Below are positions 27,640 through 42,232 of a stretch of 64,000 bases of DNA, piece by piece. Each line of letters starts with the position of its first letter. The first letter of the stretch is position 1. The position numbers and the translations under genes were made by a program. Where the stretch lies: NCBI GenBank assembly GCA_000004695.1, contig CM000153.2, forward strand, positions 3,968,001-4,032,000. Reading direction: 5' to 3'. The notes below the pieces were generated by a model, which made no database searches, was not told the DNA's origin, and was given only the letters and a program-made list of their open reading frames with translations. This DNA is from Dictyostelium discoideum. Taxonomy: Eukaryota.

Positions 27640-28823
27640 TTACCAAAATTTAATATTAATATTTTTATAATCTAAAATAAAAGCTAATAAACATAAAGCA
27701 AAAGTATAAGAAGTAATGATAATCATTGATTGTTCAACTGGTGCATAAATTGTTTTCATTGAGAAATTAATTAAACCAGTTAAGATGTTACCTAACAAAA
27801 AGATGAATAGTTGATTACGATTGATTGATTTTGCAATTACAGATGCATTATGATTACCAGTGATCAATGTAATGAGTATATTTATTGAGAAATTGAATAA
27901 ATTTATTGATAGAATTGCCAATACATAACCTAAATTTGCCATTCTTCTTGAAGTTTTGTCAATATAGATTTCACATAAAATCCAAAGAATATAGAAAACA
28001 ATTGAAGAGATTAATAATTTAGTTGCAAATTTTCTCCATTCTGTCAAGCTTGATCTAACTTTAAATAATTCTGTACCGATTTTAGTACCAATTAAATAAA
28101 TTGCTAAATAACCAACAAAACTACAAATACCTTCTTTATTCATTGAAATTAAATTATCACGTGGATGATTGAGAATATAATCTGTTAATCCAAAACTATT
28201 CAATAGGAATTGATATACACAAATGAGTACTACACCTAAAATCGCTGAAATATTTGCATTAAATTTTAAGAATGCTAAAGAGATTGAAACAAAACCTAAT
28301 GTAAAAAAGAAATTCCAATGTAATCCATACTCTGAAACATGTTCTTGATAATTTATTGATTTTGTTAATATCATTCTAACAAATCCTAATATCATTAATG
28401 GTGCTTGTGCTTTAACTTGATGCCACATTAATGAACTTCTACTTAATACTTGTTGTTGTTGTTGTTTTAAAGCGGATGATGATGATGATGATGATGATGA
28501 AGTTTTATTTATTTTATCATTATCGTCTTCTTCCTCTTCTCTTTTCTTTTTTTGTTGTTTTTCAATTAAAGATGATCTTGATTGTCTTGAAACTAAAGCA
28601 CCTGATAATACAACTGAACCAACGCCAATATCCATTAATGAGATACCATAAGTTTCAGTTTTACCTAATCTTCTTGGGAAAACTTGAAAATCAACTGCTA
28701 AAATACAAATACAAGTTGCTGCCATTACAAATGCTCTATATTCTTCAAGAAATCCTTTTCTCATTGAATTTAAATTTAATAATGTTTCTTTTGGATTTTT
28801 AAAATAAATTGTAACATTTTTTC

Positions 28824-28861
<38 letters not shown>

Positions 28862-29117
28862 CTAATAATTAATAATAAAATAATAATAAAAAAAATAATA
28901 AATAAATAACTTACTGTGCAAACATTGGAACTACTAAACATGTAATAAGCATACCAACAATTAAAAATGGTGTTAATTCTGTAAAAGTGATTGCTGATAT
29001 AAATGGTACTATAATAAAAAAAAATTCTAATATAAATCTGAGTGCCAATGGTAATGGGAATTTGTCATTGTTGAAAAATGTTGCAAATACTACTCTTTGA
29101 AATAATACAGATATCTA

Positions 29118-29148
<31 letters not shown>

Positions 29149-29179
29149 AGAAAAGGTGTTAATTAAAATGATAAAATAA

Positions 29180-29216
<37 letters not shown>

Positions 29217-29332
29217 AAAAATAAAGATAACATTACTGGCATTAAAGTTAAAATGAAACATGTTTCAAAAAAGGTAGATCCATCATTACCTGAAACAAAA
29301 TTTTGATGATCATTTTTATATTGATCATCCAT
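27640..29332 (-). CDS. GPI-anchor inositol acyltransferase GWT1/PIG-W. Three exons: 29332..29237, 29114..28915, 28822..27640, about 492 aa.
   Basis: Exon 1 is MDDQYKNDHQNFVSGNDGSTFFE (yeast Gwt1 KEDFVTGLNGGSITE). ILAVDFQVFPRRLGKTETYGISLMDIGVG matches Gwt1 [42 protein letters not shown] is also conserved. Introns are GTAATG..AATAG and GTAAGT..TATAG. Confidence 0.8.
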
Positions 29333-29805
29333 TTTTTTTTTTTTTAATATGCAAGGTGTGAAGTTTTAAAAAAAAAATAAAAAATAAAAAATTATAATGA
29401 ACATTTTTTTTTTATCTTTTTTTTTTTTTTTAATTTTTTTTTTTTTTAATTTTTTTTTTATTTTCCCATATAAATTAAAGTGGTCAAAAAAAAAAAAAAT
29501 GAATATTAATTCTTATGTTAGAAATTTGTGAAATATTGTAATGACAAAATTATTAATATTTTTAATAAATAATAAATAAATAATTCCTTATTTTTTTTTT
29601 TTTTTTTTTTTTTTTTTTATTTTTTTTTAACATGCCCTAATTAAAAAAATAAATTGGGCTTAAAAAAAAAAGAATAAAATGGGGATTAATAAAATCGAAT
29701 TGGAAGGCATTGAAGACGTCATCCTCTTAAAACCGGGCTTAAAAAAAAAGTTTAAAAATTTGATAAAAAAAACGGCTTGCGAAGTGTTTTTTTATTTTAC
29801 GAAGT

Positions 29806-29841
<36 letters not shown>

Positions 29842-30260
29842 ATTGGATAGAATTAAAATTTTAATATTCCATTTTTTTTTTTTTTTTTATTTAAAAATAA
29901 ATATTTCCAAATAGTAGTAATAAATAAATAAAAAAATAAAAAATAAAAATAAAATATATTTAAAAAAATAAATTAATAAAACTAAAAATAGTAAAATAAG
30001 TTGGAAAAAAAAATAAAAAATAAAAAAATAAAAAATTAAAAATAAAAAAACTGCAAAGGACATAAAAAAACAAAAAAAAAAAAAAAATAAAAAAATAAAA
30101 ATCGATCTTTATAATAATTTATATATTTTAATCCCTAAACAAAAATAATAGTTAATACGAAAAAATAGATAATTTATTTAGTAATAATTTTTTTTTAAAA
30201 ATATAAATAATAAGAAAAAAAAAGAAAAAAAAAAAAAAAAAAAAAAATTAAATACAATAA

Positions 30261-31466
30261 ATGGATATAGTAAATGATTTAGTATCATCAATATCATCAA
30301 TATCATCAGAAGCAGCAGAAGAAGAAGCAATAAGAGATGAATTAAGAAATGATAAAGGTGGTTTAATAGCAGGTATTTTCGTATTAACACTAACAGCATC
30401 ATTTGTGCCATGGTTTTTAACAAAAGCAAAGATTACAAATTTAGTTTCAGTTGTTTCAATTTTAACATGTTTATCAGCAGGTGTTATCATTGGTGCTGGT
30501 TTTAATCATATCTTACCAGATGCAGCGGAAGAATTTCAATCATATGTAGAGGCAGTGGCACCAGATAATAAATATGGTGATTTCCCATTCGCTCATACAA
30601 TTACAATTGTAACAATGTTTGCATTAATTTGTGTTGATAAAATTTTAGTTAGTGGTGGTCTAGATGGTGAAGCCGACCACAATCACATGGACTTAAGTCA
30701 ACATAACCATCCAAGTCCACATGCTGCTGGTGAAATTGATTTAAATATTTATACAAATGGTGACGACGACGACGATGATGTAAATGAAGATCAAGAAGAG
30801 GATAGCACAAAAGATGATGAAAAAGAACATGGTCATGGTCATGGTCATGGACATGGTCATAATAGTAGTAATAGTAGTAGTAATGGTCATGGACATGGTT
30901 TAAAAAAAAAGAAAAAATCAAAAAAAGAGCATGGTCATGGTCATAATCATGATCATAGTTCAAATGGACATAGTCATAAGGATGAGAAGGATAGTGAGAA
31001 AGTAAATGTTTCAAGTAAAAGTAAAGCATGGGTATTCTTAGTTGCCCTATCACTTCATTCAATATTTGATGGATTAGGATTAGGATCAGAGACACAAAAA
31101 GATAGTTTCTATGGTTTATTAATCGCAGTTTTAGCACACAAATTTTTGGATGGATTGGTATTAGGTATTGCAATTAAATATGCTTATTTCTCTTTCAAAT
31201 TCAGTTGTATTGCATTGGTATTCGCAGCAGCTATGACACCATTAGGTATTGGTATTGGTATGGCTATATCAAGTGCCTATGAATCAAGTACTGATGCCTA
31301 TTTAGTTAAAGGTATCATTCTATCAATTACATGTGGTTCTTTTATTTATATCTCTCTCATTGAATTATTACCATCTGGACTTTGTCAAAAAGGTTGGCCA
31401 AAATTAAAATTGGCCGTTGCTTTCCTTGGTTATTCCGTTATGGCAATTCTAGCTCTTTGGGTTTAA
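30261..31466 (+). CDS. ZIP (Zrt/Irt-like) family metal transporter, 401 aa
   Basis: A His-rich cytosolic loop (HGHGHGHGHGHNSSN...HGHGHNHDH) is followed by the ZIP TM signatures HSIFDGLGLG and HKFLDGLVLG. Confidence 0.8.
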   Translation: MDIVNDLVSSISSISSEAAEEEAIRDELRNDKGGLIAGIFVLTLTASFVPWFLTKAKITNLVSVVSILTCLSAGVIIGAGFNHILPDAAEEFQSYVEAVAPDNKYGDFPFAHTITIVTMFALICVDKILVSGGLDGEADHNHMDLSQHNHPSPHAAGEIDLNIYTNGDDDDDDVNEDQEEDSTKDDEKEHGHGHGHGHGHNSSNSSSNGHGHGLKKKKKSKKEHGHGHNHDHSSNGHSHKDEKDSEKVNVSSKSKAWVFLVALSLHSIFDGLGLGSETQKDSFYGLLIAVLAHKFLDGLVLGIAIKYAYFSFKFSCIALVFAAAMTPLGIGIGMAISSAYESSTDAYLVKGIILSITCGSFIYISLIELLPSGLCQKGWPKLKLAVAFLGYSVMAILALWV

Positions 31467-31679
31467 AAAAAAAAATATCTTATTTAATTAGATCGATTGG
31501 AAAAAGACAAGAAAAAAAAAAAAAAAAAATTTAAAATTAAAATAAATTTTAAATAATATAGTAGTTATGAGTAATAACTTCAATATTATTTTATTGTATA
31601 ACTTGTAAACATAACAAAATAATAAATTTAGAATAGTTGTGTATTTTTTTTTTTTAAAAGTTTATTTATAGTTGGTTGG

Positions 31680-31711
<32 letters not shown>

Positions 31712-31752
31712 CTATTATTATTATTATTTTTTATTTTTTTTTTTTATTTTAT

Positions 31753-33300
31753 TTAATCTTCATCATCATCATCATCATCAATAACTCTTCTTTTAACTTT
31801 CTTTGTTGATACAATTAAATCTTCATCTTCATCTTCATCATCATCAAAATCTTGTTTACGGGATTTATTATTTTTATTGTCATTACTATTTTTATTTTCT
31901 TTTTTCTTTGATTTATTATCACCATCGGAATCACTTTCAGATTCACCACTTTCAGAACCATCATCATCAGAACTATCGGAACCATCATCATCACTTTCTT
32001 TGTAATCATCATCTTCCTCATCTTCATCATCGTCGACAACGAAATCATCACCTTTTTCATTACGATAACTATCGTAATCATCGTCATCATTTTCTAGATA
32101 AGAGGCGGTTAGAGAACCACTTTTACCACCTCTACCTCTATTAGGTCTATAAGAGTCATCCTTTTGCTTCTTTTTCTCTCTCAATGCATCCAATAATTCT
32201 TTTTCACGTTTTTCTTTCTCTTTCTCTGGATCCAATGTAGTGTGAATTGATTTGATTTTACTGACTTTTACAGTTCTCTTTGCAACATTCTCAGAGAGAC
32301 GTTGATGAACTTTACTCTTAATATTGGTTGGTCTAATACTTAATCTTGAATCGATTTTACCCTCACACTCTATGAAACCATCTTGAGATGAGTAAACATA
32401 GAATTGTTCATTCTGTAATGGTTGTTCCTTTATCTCCAATACTTCATTACCAATATATAGATGTGATGATCCATCTGACCATGTCACCAATCTTGTATTA
32501 CTCTCTTTTGCTGGTCTACCATTTAAATCCAATCCCCATCTCCATCTAATCACTGATTCAACATTAAATTTACTCTTTTCATCACCATTCATTGCTTCTT
32601 CATCTTCAAATGTTATTGGATCAAATGGTTTTGGTTGAATTCCTAAAATATTTAATAATTTTAATTTCATAATCTAAAAAAAATAAATAAAAATTAATAT
32701 TTTTTTTTTTTTTTTCATTTTATATTAATATGTACAATAAATTCTTTTTTTTCTTACCTTTTGTGCTGGTAAAACATTTGAAGTTTCTATATGAGTTAAT
32801 GTGATTGGGTCACGAATTAATTCAGGTTCTTCTTCTTCCTCCTCTTCACCTGCACCAGTTGCAAAATCAAGGTTTTCATTAGCATCTTCCATTGTTTCAT
32901 CCTCTTCTGTTGAATGACGATTTTTATTTTTTTTACTCTTTTTTTTCTTTTTTTTATTACTATATTCTTCATCCTCTTGATCTTCTTGTTGTTCTTCTTG
33001 ATCTTGATCTTCTTTATCTTTTTTACTTTTATTTTTTTCATTATCACTATTTACATTATCATTTTCTTCAAGATCTTTATCACCAAATAAATCATCATCA
33101 TCATCATCACCATCATTGGCATCATTATTATTATCTTCATCATTTTTTGTTGTTACATTTTTATCTTGATTTTCATTTTCTTCCTCTCTATTATTATTAT
33201 TATTATTATTTTCATTGTCGTTTGTAGTCTGTTTTGAAGATTTATCAACAAATGTACCTTCTAAAATTTGTCTTTCATCCTCTTCTCCAAAATCATTCAT
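31753..33300 (-). CDS. leo1: Leo1, Paf1 complex subunit. Two exons, 33300..32758 and 32673..31753, about 487 aa.
   Basis: The Leo1 domain is RWRWGLDLNGRPAKESNTRLVTWSDGSSHLYIGNEVLEI. The N- and C-terminal tails are extremely acidic. The intron is GTAAGA..TTTTAG, 84 nt. Confidence 0.75.
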
Positions 33301-33510
33301 TCTAAATTAATGTATTTTGAAAGAAAAAAAAAAAAAAAAAAAAAAAAAAAGAGTTTGTGTATGTATATATATATATATAATATATATATGAAAAAATAGT
33401 TATTGTTAATTTAAGTTTTTAAGAAAATAAAAAAAATAAAAAAAAAATTTGAAAATTGAAAAAATTGAAAAAATTAATTTTTTTTTTTTTCCAAAAATAT
33501 AAATGTTTTA

Positions 33511-33544
<34 letters not shown>

Positions 33545-33618
33545 AAATGCGAATGTGATCAATTGGAAATTTGATTTGTTTTTATTATTAATTTTTTATT
33601 TTTTATTTTTTTTTTTAT

Positions 33619-34456
33619 TTAATGATTATGGGCATTTGTGATATGAGTTGCATTATTATTATTAATATCTGAAGCAGTACGTGGTATGGTAACTTCATGA
33701 TTTTCTCTATTAACATAACTGAGATTATTATTCTCTCTATAACGTGTTGAAGTAACTGAATCAACATTGTAACCTTGATTAAGACCAATACGATGTGATT
33801 CACGATAGTATTCAGATGGAACGTGATCTTTAATATCAGGAATTGGTTCAGCCTTGTAATTGCTTCTATAATCTGCATATAAGGTAGATTTCTTCAATTC
33901 CATATGTCTTCTCCATGAAATGAATGCGGATATCATACCAACGAGCACTAATAAACCACCCAAAACTGACCCAACTATAATACCAGCCAATGTACCACCT
34001 GCAATACCATTACCTTTAGTATTCCATAGGTTTGTACCATTCATTGGATATAAACCAATATTTGATCCAGCAATATGTCCATTCTGGAATGCCTGTGCAT
34101 TTGTAGCTGAATAAGAGTTATATCCAACTATTTAAAATAAAAAAGTTAGTACTAATTTTTTTTTTTTTTTAAATTATATTTTAATTCTATAAATAATTAT
34201 TGTTTTTTTAAATTTACATACGTTTATAACTACCAGGTGTTCTTGCTAAATTTCCACTTTGAATTGTATTAATATTTGTTACAAAATCTGTTGGAACTGA
34301 TTGAGATTGTTGAAGACCAAATGTTGACCCAATATTTCTAACCCAATTATTATAAATTAAAACACTTTGGGAATTATCTAAATTAGTCTGAGCTAATGCC
34401 ATTGATGCTCCATAAAGCATACCAACTATACCAACACAAATTGCTTTTGATATCAT
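33619..34456 (-). CDS. Small type-I membrane protein. Two exons, 34456..34222 and 34127..33619, about 247 aa.
   Basis: A signal peptide (MISKAICVGIVGMLYGASMALAQT) is followed by a GTATGT..AAATAG intron. One Gly-rich TM helix is present (GIAGGTLAGIIVGSVLGGLLVLVGMISAFISW), then a cytosolic tail. Confidence 0.55.
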
Positions 34457-34587
34457 TTTGTGTTTTTTTTTTATTTTTATTTAATTATATATATTATTTT
34501 TTTATTTTATTTTATTTTATTTTATAATAATTAAATAATTCGATCTGATTAAATTTTTTTTTTTATTATTTTTATTTTTTTTTTTTT

Positions 34588-34626
<39 letters not shown>

Positions 34627-34757
34627 AATAAATAAATAAATAAATATATAAATAAATAAATATTTTTTATAAATTATAAATGTATTAAGGAAAAGAACTA
34701 AAAAAAAAAAAAAAAAAATAATTCAACTATAATAGTGTTTGAAAAATACCACAATAT

Positions 34758-34793
<36 letters not shown>

Positions 34794-35197
34794 CTAAAAA
34801 AGGTAAATAATTAAATAATTTTCAAATTATTTCTATATCAATATAAAAAAAATTAAATTGAAATTAAAATTGGGTATAAACAAAATGTTTAATATATTTT
34901 ATTTAAATTAAATTTTTAAAAAATAGTTACCACATTTCCAATTCGATTTTACTTTTCATAAAAAAAAAAAAAAAAAACATATAAAAACATAATAACACAC
35001 TTAATCAAGTTCAAAATAAAATATTTTACCAATTATTAAACCACACACCACACTTTCAATGTTTCAATAATTTGGAATATCTATTTTAATAAATTTAATT
35101 TCTTTCATATCAATAATTCTTTCTCAATATTTTATTATTTATCACCCACTTCTTTCGGAAATAGAAATTGTTGTTTGAGTAACCTTAATTTTAAAAT

Positions 35198-35237
<40 letters not shown>

Positions 35238-35427
35238 TTTTTTTTTTTTTCTTAATTATTTTTTTTTTAAAACAACATAATCGATAATAAAGATAATAAC
35301 ATAATAAAAATAAATAATAATAACCGAACCAAAAAAAAAAAAAAAAAAAAAAACTTAAAAAAAAAAATCTAATATTAATTTATTTATTTATTTATTTATT
35401 AATTTATATATTTTAAAAATAATAAAA

Positions 35428-36991
35428 ATGAGATTATTTTTATTATTAGTAACACTTTTCAGTGTTACAACTCAAATATATGCAGAATTTTCAGAAGATC
35501 AAATGACAAATATTGTATCTGCATTCAATAAACTTAGATCAACAGTTACACCAAGAAATTTAGGAGATTATAATCAAGTTTCATGGAGTGATATTCTATA
35601 TGCAAATGCATTAACTCAAACCCAAACTTGTCAACGTAATTCACTTTATTCACCAGCCGGTTCAGCAGGTTTATATGGTGAATCTTATGCATATTTCGAT
35701 AAAGATCCATCTGTAAATGATGTAAGTATCTAATTTTTAATAATATTAATTATATTTAAATTTTAAAATATTAATTATTTTTTTTTTTTTTTTTTTTTGA
35801 AAATTCTGGAAATTATTAATAAACAGGTTCAAGATAAACTATCCGCTGGAAGATTATATTATAATTATGATGATACCCAATGTACTGGAAATCATGATTG
35901 TACTCCATATTTAAATATTATTTGGAACACAACGTAAATATTTTATTTACTTTAAAATAATTTTTTTTTTTTTTTTAAAACATTTTATATTAATAATTTT
36001 TTTTTTTTTTTTTTAATTAAAAGTACACAAGTAGGATGTTCAAAAAGTGAATGTGATGGTAAAACATTAGTAGTTTGTAATTATAATCCACCAGGTAGTT
36101 TTTCAGGTATTCCACCATACACTGCAAGACAACATGCTGATTTAACAACAATGAGTTATGAAGAATGGCCAAATAAAATTGTGAATTTAAATCAAAGATT
36201 AGTTAGAAGAGATGACGATCATATTTACACTGCAAGTGTCCCAACTGATGGATCATTCGATTGGAGAGATAATGGTGTTGTTGGTTTCCCAAAGGATTCT
36301 TCGAATTGTGCCTCTGGTTGGGCTTTCACTGCTGCTGGTATTTTTGAATCAAGAAGTGCTATGAGAACTAGACATAGATATGATTATTCCGCTCAACAAC
36401 TTATAGATTGTATTAATGTTTGTATTATTATTGTTATTATTTTTATTATTTTTATTATTATAATTTACCAAACTAACAAAAATTTTATTTTAGTTCTCAA
36501 ATTTTTCAATTGGAAATTATACAAAATGTAGTAGATTCAGTGGTGAATTAAATAAAGCATTAATGTATGCCCAAGCATATGGTCTCCAAGCTACTAGTAC
36601 CTATCCATATGTTGGTGCTTCATCAATAGGTTGTTCATATAATCAATCATCAATTGCTGTTGAAGGTGGTGATGTTGAATATTCACAAGTTGGTAGAGAT
36701 TCAATCGTTGAAAAATGTAGAAAACAAGGTCCAGTTGGTGTTGGTATTTATGTTACCAATGAATTCTTATATTATGCTGGTGGTATTTTCGAATGTAACA
36801 ATACATTGATCGATAATGCAAACATTAATCACAATGTATTATTGGTTGGTTATAATGAAAAAGATAATTACTATATCATTAAAAATAATTTTGGTCGTAC
36901 TTGGGGTGAAAATGGTTTTGCTCGTATTACTGCCGATGTTAACAAAGATTGTTTAATAGCTAAAAATCCAGCTTATTCCATCCAAATTTAA
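35428..36991 (+). CDS. Secreted CAP/SCP/PR-1 domain fused to a papain-like (C1A) domain lacking the catalytic Cys. Four exons: 35428..35721, 35827..35933, 36024..36417, 36494..36991, about 430 aa.
   Basis: A signal peptide is present. CAP motifs include PYLNIIWNTTSTQVGC, LVVCNYNPPGSF and GESYAYF. The C1 domain has FDWRDNGVVGFPKDSSNCASGWAFTA where papain has NQGSCGSCWAF, so Gln19 becomes Ser and Cys25 becomes Gly. The His and Asn are retained (NHNVLLVGY...IIKNNFGRTWGENGF). Introns are GTAAGT, GTAAAT and GTTTGT, each ending in AG. Confidence 0.7.
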
Positions 36992-37006
36992 ATTAAAATT
37001 AAAAAC

Positions 37007-37102
<96 letters not shown>
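37007..37102. repeat. (AAT)n microsatellite of about 32 units in the 3' flank of the CAP-papain gene
   Basis: Read directly. Confidence 0.9.
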
Positions 37103-37185
37103 TTAATTAAAACTAGAAAAATAAGAAATTAATTGAACAATTTTTTTTACCACGGTAAAAAAACAGAAAGAAAAAAAACAAAAAG

Positions 37186-37235
<50 letters not shown>

Positions 37236-37482
37236 ATTAATTATTACAAATATCTTCTAAAACATAAATAAAAAAAAAAGTCAAAAAAAAAAAAAAAAAA
37301 AATTTGTTGTATTTATTTTAAAATAATAATTATCTAATGAGTCATAAATAAACAAAATAAATTTATTTTGTTTTTTTTTTTTTAGACTTTATTTTTAATT
37401 TTCATTTTTTCGTTTAAGAAAATTTTTATTTTTTTTTAATTTTATTTTCCTTTTTTTTTTTTTTTTTTTGTCGAGTTTTTAA

Positions 37483-38839
<1,357 letters not shown>

Positions 38840-39480
38840 AATAAATTTTATTAAAATATATAATTAAATTATTTTTTTTCTTTTTATTCCTTTTTTTTTT
38901 ATTTTTTTTTTTTTTTTTAATTTTAATTAAAAGCAAATAATTAATTTTTTATTTACAAATTAAAAAAAAAATAACTCAAAATAATAATAATAATAAAGAC
39001 AAAAAAAAATAAAGAAATAAAAAATAAAACTGTAATATATTAATTTTGATATAAGTGGATCAAAACAATAAAGGTTGGTAGATCTTAAAAAATTGAATCA
39101 ATTCAATTTGGTGTTTTATTGAGAGAATATTACAAATTGTAAAATATGGATCGAATTTCATATCACCAAAATATGGATATATGACTGATAGTATTATTGA
39201 GTTTAAAGTTTTACTTGCTAATGGAGAAATTGTAAATTCAAATCCATTTAATAATAATAAAAACAATAAATAATAATAATAATAATAAAAATAATAACAC
39301 ATTAAATACTTTTGTTATACAAATTAAGAAATTTTATTTTAAATTTTTTTTTTTTTTTTAGTTTTTTAAATATAATATAATATTCATTATTTGATATCAA
39401 TTAAAAAAAAGAAAGAAAAAGAAAGAATTAAAAAAAAGAATAAAAAAAAAATATATATGGTTTTTTTTTTTTTTTTTTTT

Positions 39481-41238
39481 TTACTCAGTTGTACTTAAAT
39501 GAACTTTTTGAGCTCTACCTGATGGATCTTGTGAGGCACCCCAAGTTGGAATCCAACGTTGAACGGTTTCCATACATTCTTTACCTGGATAGATGGCTTC
39601 AAACATTTTTCTGTAGAGGAAAGCTTCTTTGGTGGTTGGAGTATCATCTGGGAAGTAAGATTCACGTTTAGCAAACTCTTCATCGGAAACTTCATTCTCG
39701 GCATTTTCCTTTAAGCCATCAATCCAACTATAACCGACACCATCAGAGAATTGTTCTTTTTGTCTCCAAAGGACAGATGATGGAAGGTATGGTTTTTCGC
39801 CTTCTTTAGTTTCAAAAGCTTTTCTGAGGATATATTTCTCCATTCTCTTTTTACCTTGATCATCATGACAAACTTTGTGAGATGGGTCAATGTTCATGGC
39901 GACATCAAGGAAACGTTGATCAAGGAATGGTACACGAACTTCAACACCCCAAGCAGCGGTGGATTTATTAGCACGAAGACAATCAAAACTGTGGAGAGCT
40001 TTGATACGACGACAACATTCAACATGGAATTCATTGGCATCTGGAGCATTGTGGAAATAGAGGTAACCACCAAAGATTTCATCAGAACCTTCACCGGATA
40101 AAACCATTTTAACACCCATAGCTTTAATTTTTCTAGAGAGGAAATACATTGGAGTGGAAGCTCTAATGGTGGTGACATCATAGGTTTCCAAATGTTTAAT
40201 AACGTCTGGTAATGCATCAATACCTTCTTGAACTGTGAAATGATATTCATGATGAACTGTTTGAAGGTAATCGGCAACATCACGTGCAGCTTTAAGATCT
40301 GGGGCATCCTTTAAACCAATACAGAATGAATGAATTCTTGGCCACCATGCTCTTGATTTTTCATGATCTTCAACTCTTTGTTCTGCATGTCTACTAACGA
40401 TACTTGCAACCAATGATGAATCTAAACCACCTGATAATAAGACACCATATGGTACATCACTCATCATACGTGATACAACTGCTTGTTCAAATGCTTCTTT
40501 AATTGCTGGTAATACTTGTTCTTCACTCTTTAAAACTCCACTTGGTGAATCACCCATAATCCAGTTTGGTTTATAATATCTTACAAACTCTTTAGTTTTA
40601 CTTGAAAAATAGTGACCTGGTGGGAATGGTTGGAATTTATAACAATCATCTTTAATTGCTTTCATTTCTGATGAAAACCAAATTGAACCATCTTTATGCC
40701 ATCCAATATATAATGGTACTAAAAAAATAAAAAAATATATATTATTAATAATTTAATTGATTAATTGACTAATTGATTGATTGATTTGTTTTATTTACTT
40801 ACCAACACCAATTGGATCACGAGCAGCTAAAAATGAATTTGCTTTTTTGTTATAGACAACAAATGCAAAATCACCATCTAACATATGAACGAAATCATCA
40901 CCTTTATCTTCATAGAGATGTAAAATTGGTTCACAATCACTATGGGTTTTAAAGGTATGTTTACCAGTGGCAACCAAGTCTTCTCTTAATTTCTCGTGGT
41001 TATAAATTTCACCATTTACAGTGAGGGCAATAGTTTCATCTTCATTCAATAATGGTTGAGCACCGTTCTCTAAACCGACAATAGCTAAACGTTCATGGGT
41101 GAGAATTGAATCGGATGATTGATAAATACCGTTCCAATCTGGACCTCTATGTCTTAATCTTGATGATAATGAAAGAGCCTTCTTTCTTAATTTGCTAGCT
41201 TCCTCTAATGAGTTTAAAATTGCTAAAATACCACACAT
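39481..41238 (-). CDS. asns: Asparagine synthetase (glutamine-hydrolysing). Two exons, 41238..40803 and 40718..39481, about 557 aa.
   Basis: The N-terminal nucleophile is MCGILAIL (Cys2 of the class II glutamine amidotransferase domain). The PP-loop is SGGLDSS. The C-terminal synthetase domain is intact. The intron is GTAAGT..TTTTAG. Confidence 0.9.
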
Positions 41239-42232
41239 TTTCTTTTTTTTTTTTCTTTTTTAATTAAATTAAATAATTACCCTATGCATATGAAAAAATT
41301 ATTTTTAGGAAATAAAAAAAAAAAATTTGATAATTAAAAAAAAAATAAAAAAAAAATAAAAATATCACAAAAAAAAAAAAATCAAAAAAAAAATCCCAAA
41401 AAAAAAAAAAAAAAGTTAATATTAATTTTTAGGAGTAAAAAAAAAGTGAGGTTATTTAAACATTTTTTGACTTTTATTTTTAACCACCTCTTTTTTTTAA
41501 AAAAAAAAAAAAAAACCAACAAATAATAATTTTTAGTATAATACTTACAATTTATATAAATTGTTTTGTTGCTTATTTTTTTTGTTGAGTGAATGAAAAA
41601 AGAAAAAAAAAAAAAAACTTATTTATATGGTGCAATTGAGTAAAAATTGATAAAAAAAATAGAAAAAAATCTTTTTTTTGATTTTTTCTTTTGATTTTTT
41701 TTTAAAATTTTCAAAAAAATGAAAAAAAAAAATGAAAAAAAATAATCTGTTAATGACGATTTTTATAAAGATATTTTTTGGTATTGGTGTTGGTATTATT
41801 CATTTGGGGAAATGGTGAAAAAAAAAAAAAAACATCGAAATTCTAATAATTTTACAAAAAAAAAAAATCTATTTTAAACTGGTGATATCATCACTTCGCT
41901 TCCAGTGTTCTTTAAAAAAAAAAAAAAAAAAAAAATATATCCTATATACCAAAGTGATCATATTATTTTTTTATTTTTTCTGAAAAATTTATAATATCTT
42001 TTTTTTTTCACTAAACCAAATAAAAATAATCATATGAATTGTCATATGAAAATTTTTAAAATGAGGGTATAATATCTTATATGTATAAATTTTTTTTTAA
42101 AATGTAAATATTATATTATATTTAAAAAAATTTTATTTAATTTTTTTTGTATTATTACCATTTTTTTCTTTTTTTTTACTTATTTTTTTTTTCTTTTTTT
42201 TTTTTTTTTTTTTTTTCTTTTAAAAAATTAAA

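Noticed and set aside
28431-28802. 123-aa plus-strand ORF
   Set aside because: Antisense to GWT1 exon 3; poly-Met and poly-Val from a (CAT)n stretch.
30649-32144. His/Tyr-rich antisense ORFs (30649..31173, 31803..32144, 31815..32090)
   Set aside because: They are antisense to the ZIP His-rich loop and to the Leo1 acidic tail, a compositional artefact of the GAT/CAT repeats.
32817-33227. Lys-rich and His-rich ORFs overlapping Leo1 exon 1
   Set aside because: Alternative frames of the acidic, low-complexity Leo1 N-terminus.
39489-40307. Several 60-137-aa ORFs on both strands inside the asparagine synthetase locus
   Set aside because: Alternative frames of a highly conserved, high-complexity gene. 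None has a motif or start context.
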